Assembly: GCA_010093815.1 (NCBI GenBank)
Contig: ML996585.1
DNA: 64,000 nt
From: Pseudovirgaria hyperparasitica
Lineage: Eukaryota
Strand: one strand, 5' to 3'
Below, in pieces: positions 48,436 through 61,594 of the stretch. The position numbers and the translations under genes were made by a program. Every line of letters starts with the position of its first letter. The first letter of the stretch is position 1. A model generated the notes under the pieces. The model saw nothing but the letters and a program-made list of their open reading frames with translations. It had not been told where the DNA came from and did no database searches.

Positions 48436-51400
48436 CTAACTCCCCCTCCGCACCCCCCTCCCCTCAGGAAACGGATCATACAACCCCCTAACAGCAGCAT
48501 GCCAATCATCACACCGAAACCTACCCAGCCGGCCCGGCGACCCCGACCCGGATCCCGAGCCCGCAGACCCCGCAGACCCCGACACCGACCCCCGTATCAT
48601 CCCCTCGCTCAGCGACGCGATAGACGAGGAAGACACGCTCGCCTTGTTTGGGATGGGGATTGGGATGGGGCGGGTTGTGCTTGTTGGTTTTGTGCTTGTG
48701 CTTGTGCTTGTGCTTGTTGGATTTGATTTCGCTGTTGATTTCGAGTTTGAGTTTGAAGCGGGGGCGGATTTCGGGTTTGAGATTGAGCTTGTTGATTTCG
48801 GGTGTGACGCAGACTTCGACACAGACTTCGACGCAGACACAGACGCCAACCCCCCCTTCCGCAACGACCCAGCCGAGCTCTTCGGCGTAGGCACAGCAGG
48901 CACCGAGCCCGGCGGTGCGCCGTATGTAGCGCTTATCGTGCGGTGGGTGTGCGGGCGGGACGATGAATTTGACGAGGTTGCAGATGCAGCCGCGGCGGGG
49001 TTGGAGGGAGAAGGAGAAGGAGGAGAGCGTGTGAGGTTCAGGGTTGTTTGTGGGGTTAGGGGGGCGGGGGCTTGGGAGGCGGTTGGGGTGGCGAAGGGGT
49101 TGGAGGGGATGAGGGAGATGTGCGAGGGGGAGGGGGGGTAGGTTCTTGGGAGGGCGATTGGGGGGGCGGGGGTGGAGGTTGTGGATGGGGTGGGAAGGGG
49201 GGGTTCTTCGTCTTCGTCCTTTGGTTCTTCGGGCTTTGTTGGGTCTTCGGGGGTGGACTCCTCAGGTTTTGGTTCCTCCGGTTTTGGTTGTTCAGTCTTT
49301 GGTTCTTCAGTCTTTGGTTCTTCGGGCTTTGGTTCTTCAGGCTTTGCGTCTTCAGTCTTTGCTTCTTCAGGCTTTGCTTCTTCCGGCTTTGGTTCTTCGG
49401 GCTTTGGTTCTTCAGGCTTTGCTTCCTCCGGCTTTGCTTCCTCCGGCTTTGCTTCCTCCGGATTTGCATCTTCAGTCTTTGCTTCTTCAGGCTTTGCTTC
49501 TTCCGGCTTTGCTTCCTCAGTCTTTGGCTCTTCAGGCTTTGGTTCTTCAGGTTTTGGCTCTTCAACCTTTGGCTCGTCAGGTTTTGGCTCCTCTGGCTTT
49601 GCTTCTTCAGCCTTCGGCTCTTCAGTCTTTGCTTCTTCAGCCTTTGGCTCCTCTGGCTTCGATTCTTCAGCCTTCGGTTCTTCAGCCTTCGGTTCTTCAG
49701 TCTTTGCTTCTTCAGCCTTTGGCTTCTTGGCCTTTGTCTTTTCAGCTTTTGGCTTCTCACCTTTTACCTTGTCACCCTGTGCTTCTGGCTTTGCAGCACC
49801 AGCCTTTTCCTCGTCCGCCTTCGCAACCCCCGACTTCACCGACGCCGCTCGACCAGAACCGGCAGACTTGACGCTGGACCCCAGCGCAGATCTCGCAGCC
49901 GACAGTAACCCAACACTCGAACCCGCCGGCGAGCCGCTCACCGACCCACCCTTCTCAGACGTCGCACTCGGCGGCACAAGAATCCTAGAATATGGCTTCA
50001 CGCTCCCCGTCTGCGAGCCTGCCGCGCTCTCCGCCCGTCCACTCCCCGACCCAACAACGCTCTCCCTCGGCGCCAGCACAGCCGTCGTACCGGCGGCCAC
50101 AGACGGCGCCCTCGACGCCACCGACACAGCCTTCTCCGGCACGATACTCTCCAGATCCAGCGTCCGGCCAAGCTCCTCCCGTCGTTCCACAATAACGTCG
50201 GAATCCTCATACAGCGCCAGCCCGCAGCTGTAAACACATCCCTTGTCATCCGCTTCCTCGTCCGTCAGCCTCATCTCCCGCGGCGTCGGCGCGCGCCGGA
50301 AGCTGGGGAATACGCGGAGCACGACTTTGGCGTCTGCATTCGCATGCGCGGGCATGTCAGGCGCGCAGCGGCTGAGGCTCACGTCGCCCTCCAGAGTAGC
50401 CGTGCTCGTGTCGTACGGCAGCCATAGAGCGGCGCCAGGAGGCGCGTCACCCATGGATGCAGTGATACAGTCGCGCTCCAGTCGCGCCAATCGCCACGTC
50501 TCTGCCGCTAGCTTGACGATCCGTCGCACGGCGGCATTGACGTCGCTCCGTGCTGCAGGCAGCGCGAACGGCTTGAGTGCGGCGGTGATGTCTTCCACGA
50601 CCGAGCCTGCGACGCTGTTGATCTGTGCCTTTGCACCGTCGCACTGGAATGCGGCTGTCAGGGTGTGCTGGCGCCAGATGGCCTCTTTCTTTGTGCTTTT
50701 GAGCTGGAGATGGGAGCTCATGGATGCGAGCAGGGTGTCGGTGGCGGTGTCGGACCGGGGTAGGCTGAAAAGGAAGGGGGAAAATATGCGGCGGGTGAGG
50801 ATTGTGGAGATCAGGTGGGCTATGTATGCTGTGCGAACGTGCTTGGCAGGGGGTGTGTTGGCGAGAAAGGGTGGGAGCTCCGAGGGGATCGTTGAAGTGG
50901 TCTCTGCAGAAAGATTTGGTGGGCAAGTGTCAAAGTGTTCGTTGGCGAGTTGCAAGGTGTGACGACAGAGTGTCTCTAGGGCATCTTTGCTAGAGGCTTG
51001 CAGTTAGTGATGAGAGCTCTGGCGGTAATTTACCAGGATCCAGTGGGCAAGGCCATGTAAGAGAAAAGATGAGCGCGTTCATTCAAGGGTATCGTACCTA
51101 ACATCTACCGAAGAATACACAATAAAGGCCAGTGTCGATGGACCAGAAGGTATAAATGCAAAACACGGAACCGAAGACCAAAGCATCACTTACTAGTACG
51201 CATCCCCCTTGCTCTTGAGATCAGTAGTCACAGACGCTGATAGAAGTTTTGACAGCCGCTCTTTCTCCGACCCAAGAGTCTCTGAAACCAGGCGAAGCTC
51301 TGAGACTAGGGCCTCCAACTTGAGCTTATCTTGATCCCAACCCTGCTGTGCAGTTGCGAGATTCTTCGTCAGCTCTTCATTCTGCTGCTGTAGCTGCTGC

Positions 51401-53418
51401 CGCTCCGTGTCCCAGCCGTTCTTGGCTTGTGTATGCTCCCCTTCCCACTCATCTCTCATCTTCGTTCGTTCCACTTCCCAGTCTTCAACTTTCGTTTGGT
51501 GATCAGCTGCTGTCTGCTTCAGCGTCTCATGATCAGCGGCCAGCTCGTTCGCCCTTTTGATCGAGTCGTCGAGCTCGCCGCGGAGTAGAGTGACTTGTGA
51601 TTCTAGCTCAGTCTTCGTCTTTGCAAACTGCTCTTCCAGCTGTTGGGTGTTGCTGTCATGGATTTGCTTCATTTCGTCCATCTTCTTCGCGAGCTCCGCT
51701 TCATGGTCTTTCTCCTTGTCAAGCAGCGCTGAGGCGATTGCCATATGCTGCGCGTCGGCTTCTTCCTTGGCCTTAATCTTCCACTCGTCAAACTCCTTCA
51801 TCAGTCGCTCGCGTTCCTCAGGTATAGCCTTGTCCAACGATGCTTTCTCCTTCTCGAGCGCAGCGATCTGAGCCTCTGACTGGGCTTTAAGTCCTTCAAG
51901 GTCCTTGCTCTTGACTTCCGCCTCCCTGATGCGATCCTGCAGCCCTCTCTGCTGGTCTTGGAAGTTGCCAAGCTCGTGCCGGAATTTATCACTGTCTGCG
52001 GCATGTAGCGTTCGAGCCGAGTCCAAGTCCCTTCGTAAGGAGTATATGTACTCATACTGGTCTCTGAGTTTCTCATCCTGTTGTCTCAAAATTTCTTCCT
52101 GCTTGGCCTCGGCCTCGCGAATGCGTTCCTCCCGCTCTCCGAGCTTGCCCTGTGTTTCGTGGTAGCGAGCCATGAGACGCTGAATCTCAGGGATAGTGGA
52201 GGACAGCTGGCCAATAATCTTGTTTGCTTCATCGCCTCCTTCAAGCAGCAGCTGCCCCGGGACTGGAGGGGGCCTGTGCAAGAAGTCCTCGTGTACATTC
52301 CCGCGAGGACCCATGGTGTCACGATAAGAGCCCTCCATGGGCGAGTAAGAGTGTCCGGAGTGATAGGGAGGCGTTGGCTGACCTCCTTGGACAGGATGCC
52401 CATAATGTCGTTGGTTGTAATATGAAGGAGGTGGATTGTGCTGCCCAACAGTTTCTGGATAGTAACGATGTGAGTGATCCGGGATCCGTGGAGCTGGTCT
52501 TACATCAGGGAACGGCTGAGCGAAACGTGCCATAGGAGATGGAGGGACTGAAGGTGCAGGGGGAGGAGGAGGATTCTGGATAGAATCCTGTAAACGACTG
52601 GTACGTAAGTGTTCTCTCTCGCGTGTATCTGCTAGAACTTCTGCTTCCGTGGTAGTGGAAGAGCTACGGTATGACTTGGTTGAACTTGTCTCATCTTGAG
52701 CATGCGAACGAGTCCCTAGAGCTTTCCAAGCAGTACCAGCGTTGATTTCCGATCGTCGTTTAAACGAGTCCGTGCTTGAGGGTCTACGTGTTGCAGTGAC
52801 TTGCGGGCCTACTGGTTCCGCTGGGGATACTGACACCGGAGCTATCTGCTGCTCCGATGCTGGCGCTGGAGTTGATGCTGAAGCTGGTGTCGGCACTGAC
52901 TGTGACTTTGACTGCGATACTGGAACTTGCTGTGGCTGAGTCTGTGGTACCGGCGATGTTACTTGGGGAGGCTGCATAGCCGACACTGAAGCCTGCGTCA
53001 CTTGTGGTTCGAAGTCTGCGGCCGGCTCTTTTGCGCTCGTCGAAGGCTCTTCTTTCTCTTCCTCTACAGTGACAGATTTCGGAATGATCGTGCTTGAAGG
53101 GTTCAGCGGAGGTCCATTTACAGATGTATCTGATACATCTGCATCGAGCTTTTGTCCTTCGTGAACCTCCGGCTGATCGACCGAGGTGGGTATGGATGAT
53201 TCCAACGAAGACGTGGGAGCGACATCTGTAGACTGGGGCTGAGATATCGGCGCGTCAACAATCTCCTCAATGATCGGACCCGGTTCTCCCAATGTCTCCT
53301 CGGATATTGGAGTATTGTTTGACACAGGACTATCTTTCTCGGCGTCCTGTGCTGGTATCTCCGTGCTCGCTGCAGCCTGTTCGGCCGTGGCTTTCTTCTT
53401 GTTGGCTTTCTTCCCCAT
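48436..53418 (-). CDS. Large hypothetical protein: low-complexity N-terminus, long coiled coil, conserved-looking central domain, KPEE repeats, S/T-rich tail
   Basis: 741-aa and 839-aa ORFs on the same strand are linked by GTAAGT-type introns in ~50956-51195 (KSKGDAYY|...LANEHF). Exact middle exon(s) unresolved. Confidence 0.7.
49255..49745 (-). repeat. Coding 15-bp tandem repeat (about 30 units encoding [AP]K[PTA]EE)
   Basis: Recurrent TCTTCAGGCTTTG[CG]T / TCTTCAGTCTTTG[CG]T units on the plus strand. Confidence 0.9.
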
Positions 53419-54464
53419 GATGTATAGAATTGTACGATTAGTGTAACAAGTCTCAAATCAGGCTATGCAACGCTTGGCAATGCAAATCGCACTTCAAAAA
53501 CACAAACGCAAGCAAGCAGGCAAAAAATCAAAGTGTGAGTTGAATTGAAAAAAAAAATCCCCAAAGCAAAGCCGAGTCGTTGGGCTTAAATATATCACAC
53601 TACGATGTCTCCTGCATGCACGCCCAGCGAAAGGTTGGACTGTGCTTGGGGGGGCCCAATGATAGCCTGCAACGAACGAGCGTCAAAGCCAGGGAGCGCA
53701 AAGGCAGACAGCTGGCAGATCCAGATAGGGCAGTCTCGTGACTCATGCTCATTATTGCGAGGGTGAGATGGATTTCTACTTTGCGAGCAGTCCTCGTATG
53801 ATTTCCCAGCTCACCAAAGGCCTGCGCTGGGACAGCTTGCGTTCGTGTTCCTTCAGAGACAGTTCTCATGCTGCGTACAGTGATAGAGAAATGACTACCT
53901 TGCTCTACCATTACTGGCTTCATCCATGGCGGGTCGCGAGGCTGAAGCGATGCGTCTGGCTGGATTTCATTGTTGATGTTGACCGTGCTCACACTTCACA
54001 AGCCCTCGCCAGCGTACGTCGAATTCGTGGTTACTCGTGATAGGCTGGAGCCGGTGTTTGCTGCAGCTGCCGAAAACCTTCGTCCATAGCTGCAGTTAGG
54101 CGTTCTTGAAGCATGAACAGGAAGCGCTGCTGATCCTCATCTCAAAACAATCGTCGAAGCTTGTGTTGATTGAATGTGCTGTGGTGCAGGTGGCATGAAA
54201 GAGATGATCAGGAGCAAAAGTGTTGGTCTTCCAGAGAGACGTGGATATCTTACATATTTTACACCGCACCTTTCTGACTAATTATAATTTACCACTATCT
54301 TGGCATCCGCTACCCCTCCACCCACTCAAGTAAGAATACAGCTTAACTCTGCCCCGCGTGCGTGTGGGCTCGCTATCTTTCGTGTTGTGTGCAGGTATAC
54401 ATACCCTCCTTGTTTTCCGACACATACACTACGAACATAGCTACAATTGACCAGGCCAGCAAAC

Positions 54465-55144
54465 ATGGCGACCGAGACACAAGCCCTGCCTCCCAAGCTT
54501 ATCATGTATTGCGGCGGTACTCTCCCTCTTTCCACCCTCCGCTGTCTCTCTCACTGACACCTGCGTAGTATGCACATTACCACCAGAAGTAGGCACGCCT
54601 CCCTCTCACACCTACCCAACGCCTCCCTAATCCCAACCCGCAGTATTGTGAATTTGGTGGTACCACCAAGAGATGCCAGGAGTGGCTGAAGACGACACAC
54701 CCCGCCATGCACGAGAAGCTGTACTCGCAAGACGCCATAGAAGCAAACTTGTCCACGCTCTCACTCGATGCGCAGAAGCGCGCCGAGAAAGACGCCGCCA
54801 AAAAGACTGCCAAGGCCGAAGCAGCAGAGGCGAAGCAGAAAGAGCTGAAGGCCGAAGCTTTCATCAAGATCAAGCGCATCTCGCGCCAGAAGAACAAGTA
54901 TGTGACGTGCGTACAAGGACTGGAGGCTCATAGCGTCGATCTGAAAAAGGCCGCGAAGGAGTTTGGCAAAAAATTCGCGACGGGGAGCAGTGTGACGAAA
55001 ATCCCCGGTGGTGGCGAGGAGATTACAGTACAGGGTGATGTCAGCGATGATCTTTTTGATTTTCTGCAAGAAAAATATCCGGATATACCCGAAGATAACA
55101 TTGAGTTGATCGAGGAGAAGAAGAAGAAGAGCTCAGCGGGCTGA
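54465..55144 (+). CDS. TMA22: Translation machinery-associated protein 22 (DENR, SUI1 domain), 3 exons
   Basis: Spliced N-terminus MATETQALPPKLIMYCG|VCTLPPE|YCEFGG..C.EWL; SUI1 domain KKFATGSSVTK..EEITVQGDV. Confidence 0.93.
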
Positions 55145-55387
55145 TGGAGATCCGGGTATTATGCAAGAATAGAGTAGAGAGGAGCGGGCGGATGCAGGAG
55201 TTCCGGCGTTGAAAATAACGATGTAGTATTGTCCATCGGAGCATAGCGCAATGGTATGCAAGATCGGGCGTAGACAGTTAACATTGCCCATGCAACATAT
55301 GTGAATTGCAAAATAGACAGCCTTGACAAGTCGCGGAACGATTTTCCTCCTGAATGCCATGGGTATCTTCAATCATCAAAGGTTTAC

Positions 55388-58036
55388 TCAGTCATCCTCA
55401 ATATCATCATCACTTAACAGGAGGGCAGCCACCTCCTCTTCGCCAACATCCTCATTCTTCGGCTTGAGGGCATCTCTTTTCACCACGGTTCTGGGATCTC
55501 TGCCCTGCTCGAAGCTCAGTATGCCTTCCGCTATCTCTCCATCCTCTGGTTCCTCGTTTGAAGGACCTTCTATTCCTTGAAACGTTGTCACTTTCTCAAA
55601 TTCCCGCGCTAGCCGATCGACCGTCGAAGAAGCCTGGTTCCGGTATATTTTCACCATATAAGGCAGTCGCTCTAGAAGCATTTCACATCGTGCAGAATTG
55701 CCACTTGCTAAGACGAGGGATCCCTCTACTTGGTCAGATTGCAGTGTTGAAGCAGGAAGGTCTGGGAACTGAGTACCGGCACGTTTCCATGTCTCGACTC
55801 CTCCGTTCATTTGTTTTGGCCGGAAATTGGGTGTTCCAGAAAACGTCAACAGAGTACCGTTCTGCGCCTTGTTGGTCCATAGATCCAATAGACCTTCTAC
55901 TTCCTCCCGTTTTCGCCATAGACGCAAGGATGTCGGCCAGAACATTTGGTGTACTTCTGCTTTACCTGACGTGCTTACACCACGGAAGCTCATACCATGG
56001 GAGACTTGTCTCTTCACAGGGTGAGGAAGGTTAAAGAGTAGTCCACGGACAGCTACCTGGAAACTTATCTCCTCTTGTCGCAGATTGTCAAGGGCCGTGC
56101 CCTGGAACGTCCTGCGTGCAAACCCACTGGTACTGAACTTTTCAGGCGACAGAATATCAGCGTCTGAGAGTGCCTCGATACTACCATCCAACGAGTCTAG
56201 AGACTCCTCGTCAGACGGGCCGTTGCAAGAAGGGGCGTAGTTTTCGTGTAAGGCGGAAATGAATGTTTGTATGTCAGTCCCAAGCTCGTCCAGCATTGTG
56301 TTGACTTGTACCTCTGGGACTTTCGATCGTCTATGCTGCGGTAGATGCCCGGGTGGTTGTGCCAGAGTGACTCTTGCATCCGACTCCAGCCTCTTGTTGT
56401 AAACGACTTTTCCGACAGAGTGAAATATTCCTAGGGTGTTCTCTCTATGTGTCACCATTGTAAGAGACTCTTCTTCCATCTTGGTAAGTGGTATGCCCCG
56501 GCTACCCTTTTTCGTTTTGGCAAAAGAGACTTTACTACCCCATCCATCTTGTTCATCTCCGCGCAGACACAGGAACTCGAGAGACGAGATTGCGCTTCTA
56601 ACATCACCAGCCTCAGCCAGTCTTTTGATGACTTGAGGACCTGGGGTCTTACGACGTCCAGACTGACGGGACTCCTTTATTACAACGAGGTCGAGCGCCT
56701 TTGACAAGATCGTAGGAGCTATAGGGTTGAATTCGATAATGGTTACGCTAGGATGGTTCAAGATACCCTGTCCAAGAAGACGGTGTGCTGTGAAGGTTTC
56801 GGCTGACACAGCGGTTGAAGATAGCAAAGTTTCGGATATGATTATCACGAGTGGTATAATGTTGTGCACAAATGATTCTGGGTCGCCAAAGAAAGAATCC
56901 ATAGGGGGTGCGTTAGCGGCTAGATACTGATTGATAGATGAGCGGAAAGCTTGCAGTGCAGAAGAAATATATGAGATGTTTGTCGGGAACTCCTCAATCA
57001 GGATTGCCTGTTTGGGTGATTTAGTATCTCGAACAGGGAATTGCATTCCGGAAGAGTTCGCAATGTCGAGACTATGGAATTTTCCTGTCCTCGACATGAA
57101 TTCCTCAAATTGAGAAGTTATTGAAACAAACCCGTCAATAGTCTGAAGAGAGTTCGTAGGATTCTTCCATTCTTGTATATCGAACTTGAGCTTTTCTGAT
57201 AGAAGCTGCAAGGTGGTGGTCTTCCCACTCCCTGCTGGTCCTTTTAGTATCAACAGTCTTTTCCTGATCCGACCTTCGAAGACATCTCTCAGCCAAGTCT
57301 GCACGTCTACAACTTTTTTCTTGTGCACTGCTAGCTCGTCCAGACTTTTAGGACCGAATCTTTCCATCCATGGGCGGGTGTCTTGTCTTGAGAGCACCGG
57401 CACGATTGAAGTTGGGATCCGGCCACGATCGGTCTTAAGAAACTTTTGACCTGTACCAAGCGGAGCTTCATTGTCGATCCGAGCAGCGTTTGACAAAGCA
57501 TCCCGACTTCTCTTCTTGACCGCCAAAGCAATAGCGGATCCGGCAACGAAACTTGATGGAGGCAGATCATCCTCATTCATTGAATCATCTTGGATGTAGT
57601 CTTCATCCTCGGTGGCTCGAACGGGTATAACGGACGCGGCGACCGCATTGGCAGCAGGTGGGGTAGTGCGATGCTGGTTCTGTTTTTGTGTTTGTCTGTT
57701 GAAGAACGAGTAAATGGCTTTATCCTTTGTCACTGGCTGATTGCCCTCCTTTTTCCTGTCCTTTTGTGGACTACTGCTGACGCTTTTTGTGGATGATTTT
57801 GGGGCAGCGCTCATTAACAGCGGATATGACGGTTCAGGCGTCACTATCTGCGGACCTCGTCGGATGTCATCGTTTTTTGATTCGATCTGTCCGTGTGAAG
57901 CCTCAGACCCTAAGATACAGCTTGTTGAAGATCGTATGTCTCGTGAGGGAGCGTGTGCGGGCACAGATATTTGGTCGTCGTCGTCATCTGAAGACAGTAC
58001 AACCGGCCTTTTCCGGGTGCCTCGCGGCTTGACCAT
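55388..58036 (-). CDS. RAD17: Checkpoint clamp loader Rad17/Rad24
   Basis: PWMERFGPKSLDELAVHKKKV, Walker A LKGPAGSGKTT, ILIEEFP, FNPIAPT, GDVRSAI, LGIFHSVGKVVYNKR. Likely start MVKPRG. Confidence 0.93.
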   Translation of the reverse strand: MVKPRGTRKRPVVLSSDDDDDQISVPAHAPSRDIRSSTSCILGSEASHGQIESKNDDIRRGPQIVTPEPSYPLLMSAAPKSSTKSVSSSPQKDRKKEGNQPVTKDKAIYSFFNRQTQKQNQHRTTPPAANAVAASVIPVRATEDEDYIQDDSMNEDDLPPSSFVAGSAIALAVKKRSRDALSNAARIDNEAPLGTGQKFLKTDRGRIPTSIVPVLSRQDTRPWMERFGPKSLDELAVHKKKVVDVQTWLRDVFEGRIRKRLLILKGPAGSGKTTTLQLLSEKLKFDIQEWKNPTNSLQTIDGFVSITSQFEEFMSRTGKFHSLDIANSSGMQFPVRDTKSPKQAILIEEFPTNISYISSALQAFRSSINQYLAANAPPMDSFFGDPESFVHNIIPLVIIISETLLSSTAVSAETFTAHRLLGQGILNHPSVTIIEFNPIAPTILSKALDLVVIKESRQSGRRKTPGPQVIKRLAEAGDVRSAISSLEFLCLRGDEQDGWGSKVSFAKTKKGSRGIPLTKMEEESLTMVTHRENTLGIFHSVGKVVYNKRLESDARVTLAQPPGHLPQHRRSKVPEVQVNTMLDELGTDIQTFISALHENYAPSCNGPSDEESLDSLDGSIEALSDADILSPEKFSTSGFARRTFQGTALDNLRQEEISFQVAVRGLLFNLPHPVKRQVSHGMSFRGVSTSGKAEVHQMFWPTSLRLWRKREEVEGLLDLWTNKAQNGTLLTFSGTPNFRPKQMNGGVETWKRAGTQFPDLPASTLQSDQVEGSLVLASGNSARCEMLLERLPYMVKIYRNQASSTVDRLAREFEKVTTFQGIEGPSNEEPEDGEIAEGILSFEQGRDPRTVVKRDALKPKNEDVGEEEVAALLLSDDDIEDD

Positions 58037-58442
58037 GCCGCTTGACTCTAGCTTCACTTCCGATCATCATCAGATTCAAAGTCTGGCAGCGTTGGATTGC
58101 GTGGACTAGAAAGACGAATGGATCTCAAGATCCCAGCAAGAGTCCTAATAAGGCTTCGGTTCTTAGGTAGCGTCGCGGTGGAGCGCACATGTAAGTGTTA
58201 CGCGAAAGCACGTGATAACGCGTTACAATGTTGAAACATTGAACGGAGTAATACAATTGAGCAAATCTGCATAGATGTGGCAAAGAATACATGTTTGTTA
58301 TTAATGTTCGAAACGCTGTTTCCATATAGGTATCATTGAGTCATTAAGCAGTAGGAATCATTTACACCACTTTACTTCAAGTATGAGACAACGAAACCCG
58401 TATATCGTTCAATTATCGTGAGCGCGTCAATGCTTATACTCG

Positions 58443-60804
58443 CTAAAATGCATCTTCAAATGGACAGGCCGTGGCATCATGTCCGTCTCTTTCGCATAAA
58501 GCACACCATCTACTTGGATCAGCAATGCTGCTTCCCTTGCCTGCGACCATAGTAGAGTCATAGGGGTTTGGCAGCGGTGCCGATGGTGCATTACCAGATA
58601 TAGACACCGCCGTCCTCTTGGGCGTCAGTGGTGCTGGTGCATTTTCGAAGTTGATTTTCTTTCGATCCAAGGGTTGCCTGTTGCTTTCACCAGAGACTCC
58701 CATTGCAGTGCAGTTCAGGATATCGTGGCCACCAGTTTCGCAAATCTCACACCAAAGGGTCCCCTGGCTCCCGTCCACAGATGATTGTGCATCAGACTCA
58801 ATCATTGGCTCTAACGGTTCAGACTTCAAATGATTTGTTTCACGCCAGCTCACTACAGTGCCTTTCGAGTCCCGTGCTGATGACCTTTTATCTTGTAAAG
58901 CAGTCCTTTCCGACAAATTGTTGCTGATGACCGAGTCGCGCTGATCAACAGTAGTAGTGCCTCTCAGACGCTCAAGCTCACGTTCGAGTTCTTCTTCTCT
59001 GTGAGATTTCCGCTCAATAAGTCCTCGAAGCTCCGTCTTTTCCCTCTCTGCCAAGTCGAGTTTAGATTGCATCGCTTTAAAATCCTCAGAATCCTTGGTG
59101 GATGCAGTAACATTACGGAGGGCTGGCGATGCTCTGGCGGAAGTATCCGGACCAGAGCTTAGCGAATGAATGATAGCCTTGAGCCCACGAATCTCATCGT
59201 CCCTCTGTGCGACTTCTCTTTGTCCATCTTGGCTCATGGGTCCGTCTATCGATGCATTCGCAGATTTCAAGGCAGCTGCAGCCTTTTCCCGTTCCCTACG
59301 AAGCTCTGATCGACCTCGCTCGACCTCGCCACGAAGGAATTCCACTTCGCCGCGCGCTTCAGCTTCACCTCTCCTAGCATCCTCCAGGCCTTCCTCGAGT
59401 TCCTGCACGAGCTCTTCCAGCTGCTTGAGTTGGGTTGCGACACTCTCGACATCCTCATCTCGTTCCTGTAGATCGGTAATTTCTTGCGTCAGGTCCGTCA
59501 CCCGCTTCTCGTACACACGGACTGTTTCCGTACTCGCCATCTCCAGGGTATCGATCGTGCTCCTGAAGTCTGCGCGGTGATTATCAAATTCGGCTGTCAG
59601 CATCGATATCTTTTCATTCTTTTCCCGTAAGAGGGCTCGAAGGGTACTGATATCGCCGTCCTCGAGAGGCCCAGGATTTCGGCTGTTGCCCTGATCTGGA
59701 AGCATGTTCTGTAGCTCTGATATGCTCGACTCCATATCAGCCAAACTTGCTGCTTGTTCCTTCAGCTGTCTATCTCTTTCCTCTAGTTTCTTGTGCAACC
59801 TGTGGACTTCTTCGTCGGAATGGCTAGAATCGAGACGACTGCGAGGACGAAACGTGCTACTTGACATAGATCCATTACTCCCACGAGCTATGCCTGTAGG
59901 AGTGCTGTCGCAGTCTTCTTCGATCGGTGGGTGTTGGCCAAGTCGTGAGTTGTTTCTCGAGTATGGCCGTGATGGCCCAGGGGTTCGTGGTTTGATCATC
60001 CCTCTACTATTGGGAGCTGGACTTGACACATAGCGTGGAGCAGCACCTATGGCGCTTCGAGAGAAAGACGCCGGACTTGCATTTGGGCCTCTGGCAGGTG
60101 GAGGCGGCAAGTTAGGTTGATTTTTCCTAAGTGGTGACTCCGGCCGTGGAAGAGACGGTCTTCCTTTTGCCTTGAATGACGGACTTGGAGCACGCACCCC
60201 AGGACCAACTGATTGTGAAAATTTTGATAGCGATGGTGTAGGAGGACTGAGTTTATTCGATGATTCGTTGTAACTTGCACCTGGTGCAAACGAGGGAGTA
60301 TTAGGGGTCGGTGGAAGATCTTTGCCATAAAGCGATGGCATTGGTGGCGCATCGCGCTTCGATGCTCGATGCAAAGGTAAGAATATGCCGGCACCAGGTA
60401 TGGTGGTGTTGAAATAGAAGGTGCTGTGATGCTTTGCTTAGTCGATGATGCACGCTGTGAGATGCTCATACATACCCATCAACATCACCATCATTCTTCC
60501 CGCGCATTGCGAACTCCTCGCTGAGCTCGACGCCGGCGAATACGCCTTTCTTGCCACGGACGCTACCCACGAACTTAATCGTGCCGTGCATACCACCTGG
60601 CACATCGACGAGGTCGCCAACCTCAATGTCAATCCCCCCAGGTAGGTCGGGAGTAGCCATACCAGTCAGTGCATTGAGGGACGCTTTGCGAGCCATAGCA
60701 GTGCTGGCAGCAAGGCCAAGGTTCGGTGAGGAAGCTGTGTTGATGGCACTGTTCGCGAGCGAAGGGCGGTTCGAAGGCAACCGCCGTGGAGTTTGGTAGG
60801 CCAT
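58443..60804 (-). CDS. CAP-Gly microtubule plus-end protein (CLIP-170/Bik1/ClipA-like)
   Basis: CAP-Gly GKKGVFAGVEL..GKNDGDVDG, an intron near 60420-60472, a long coiled coil, two CCHC knuckles (WCEICETGGHDILNC, WCALCERDGHDATAC) and terminal EDAF. Confidence 0.88.
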
Positions 60805-61594
60805 TTTTGCACTGGGCTGTCCAGTCTCCTTCACAGTTTCCTTGATTACGCTGCGCCGTGGGCGCGTACTTTCAGCAAACCAAAGACGCGGTCGCGTACA
60901 GAGGGTTCTGAGTGGTCCGCAATTCAGTGTTCAAGAACAGATCCAGACTTTGGTCAGCGTGAAGAGAGGAGAAGATCCGATGGCTTGTTCCTAGGATGTG
61001 TAAGGATATAGAAGGCGGTCAGTAGATGACGGTCAAGGGGCTGTGACTGCGGTGAGGCCTCGACCTTCGAGAAAATTGATACAGCTTGCATAACAAATCA
61101 TAGCAACCCAAAATAAGGGGACAGCACACTAAAATGCCTGCGCCCAAAAGCATTGATCCATCCGGCCAATGCTCGGACCGAGCGTGTTTCTGCTGTGCGA
61201 ACATTATGCTTGCTGGCAGGACAACTACATGTATATAAACATATATCACACGTCCGCATAAACTCGCGAGTAAAGATTGCAGTAGGCCATGGATGTATAA
61301 TAGTATCTCTAAGTCTAGCTGTAACTTAAACGCACTGACACACTCATACTGTTTACCAGTTGGATCCATGCTGCTGCTCCTGATTAAGAGGCCGAGCAGC
61401 CTGAGCGCCCGCTCTTGCCTTCAAAAGGAAGGACCTCGGCAACACATCGTTAGCAGTAGCCCTTTTCCCTGTGCCTTTCGGCATCTTGGACAGCTCCATT
61501 AGAGGGGCTTACCTGGGGTAACAAGAGTTCGGCAAACATATAATATTGACACCTCCGCTTCCCCCAATCCTCGTGCTATTCAGCAGTCACAACC

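Noticed and set aside
49056..50233. Long alternative-frame and antisense ORFs (353, 278, 241, 234 aa)
   Set aside because: Shadow ORFs of the stop-poor 15-bp KPEE repeat.
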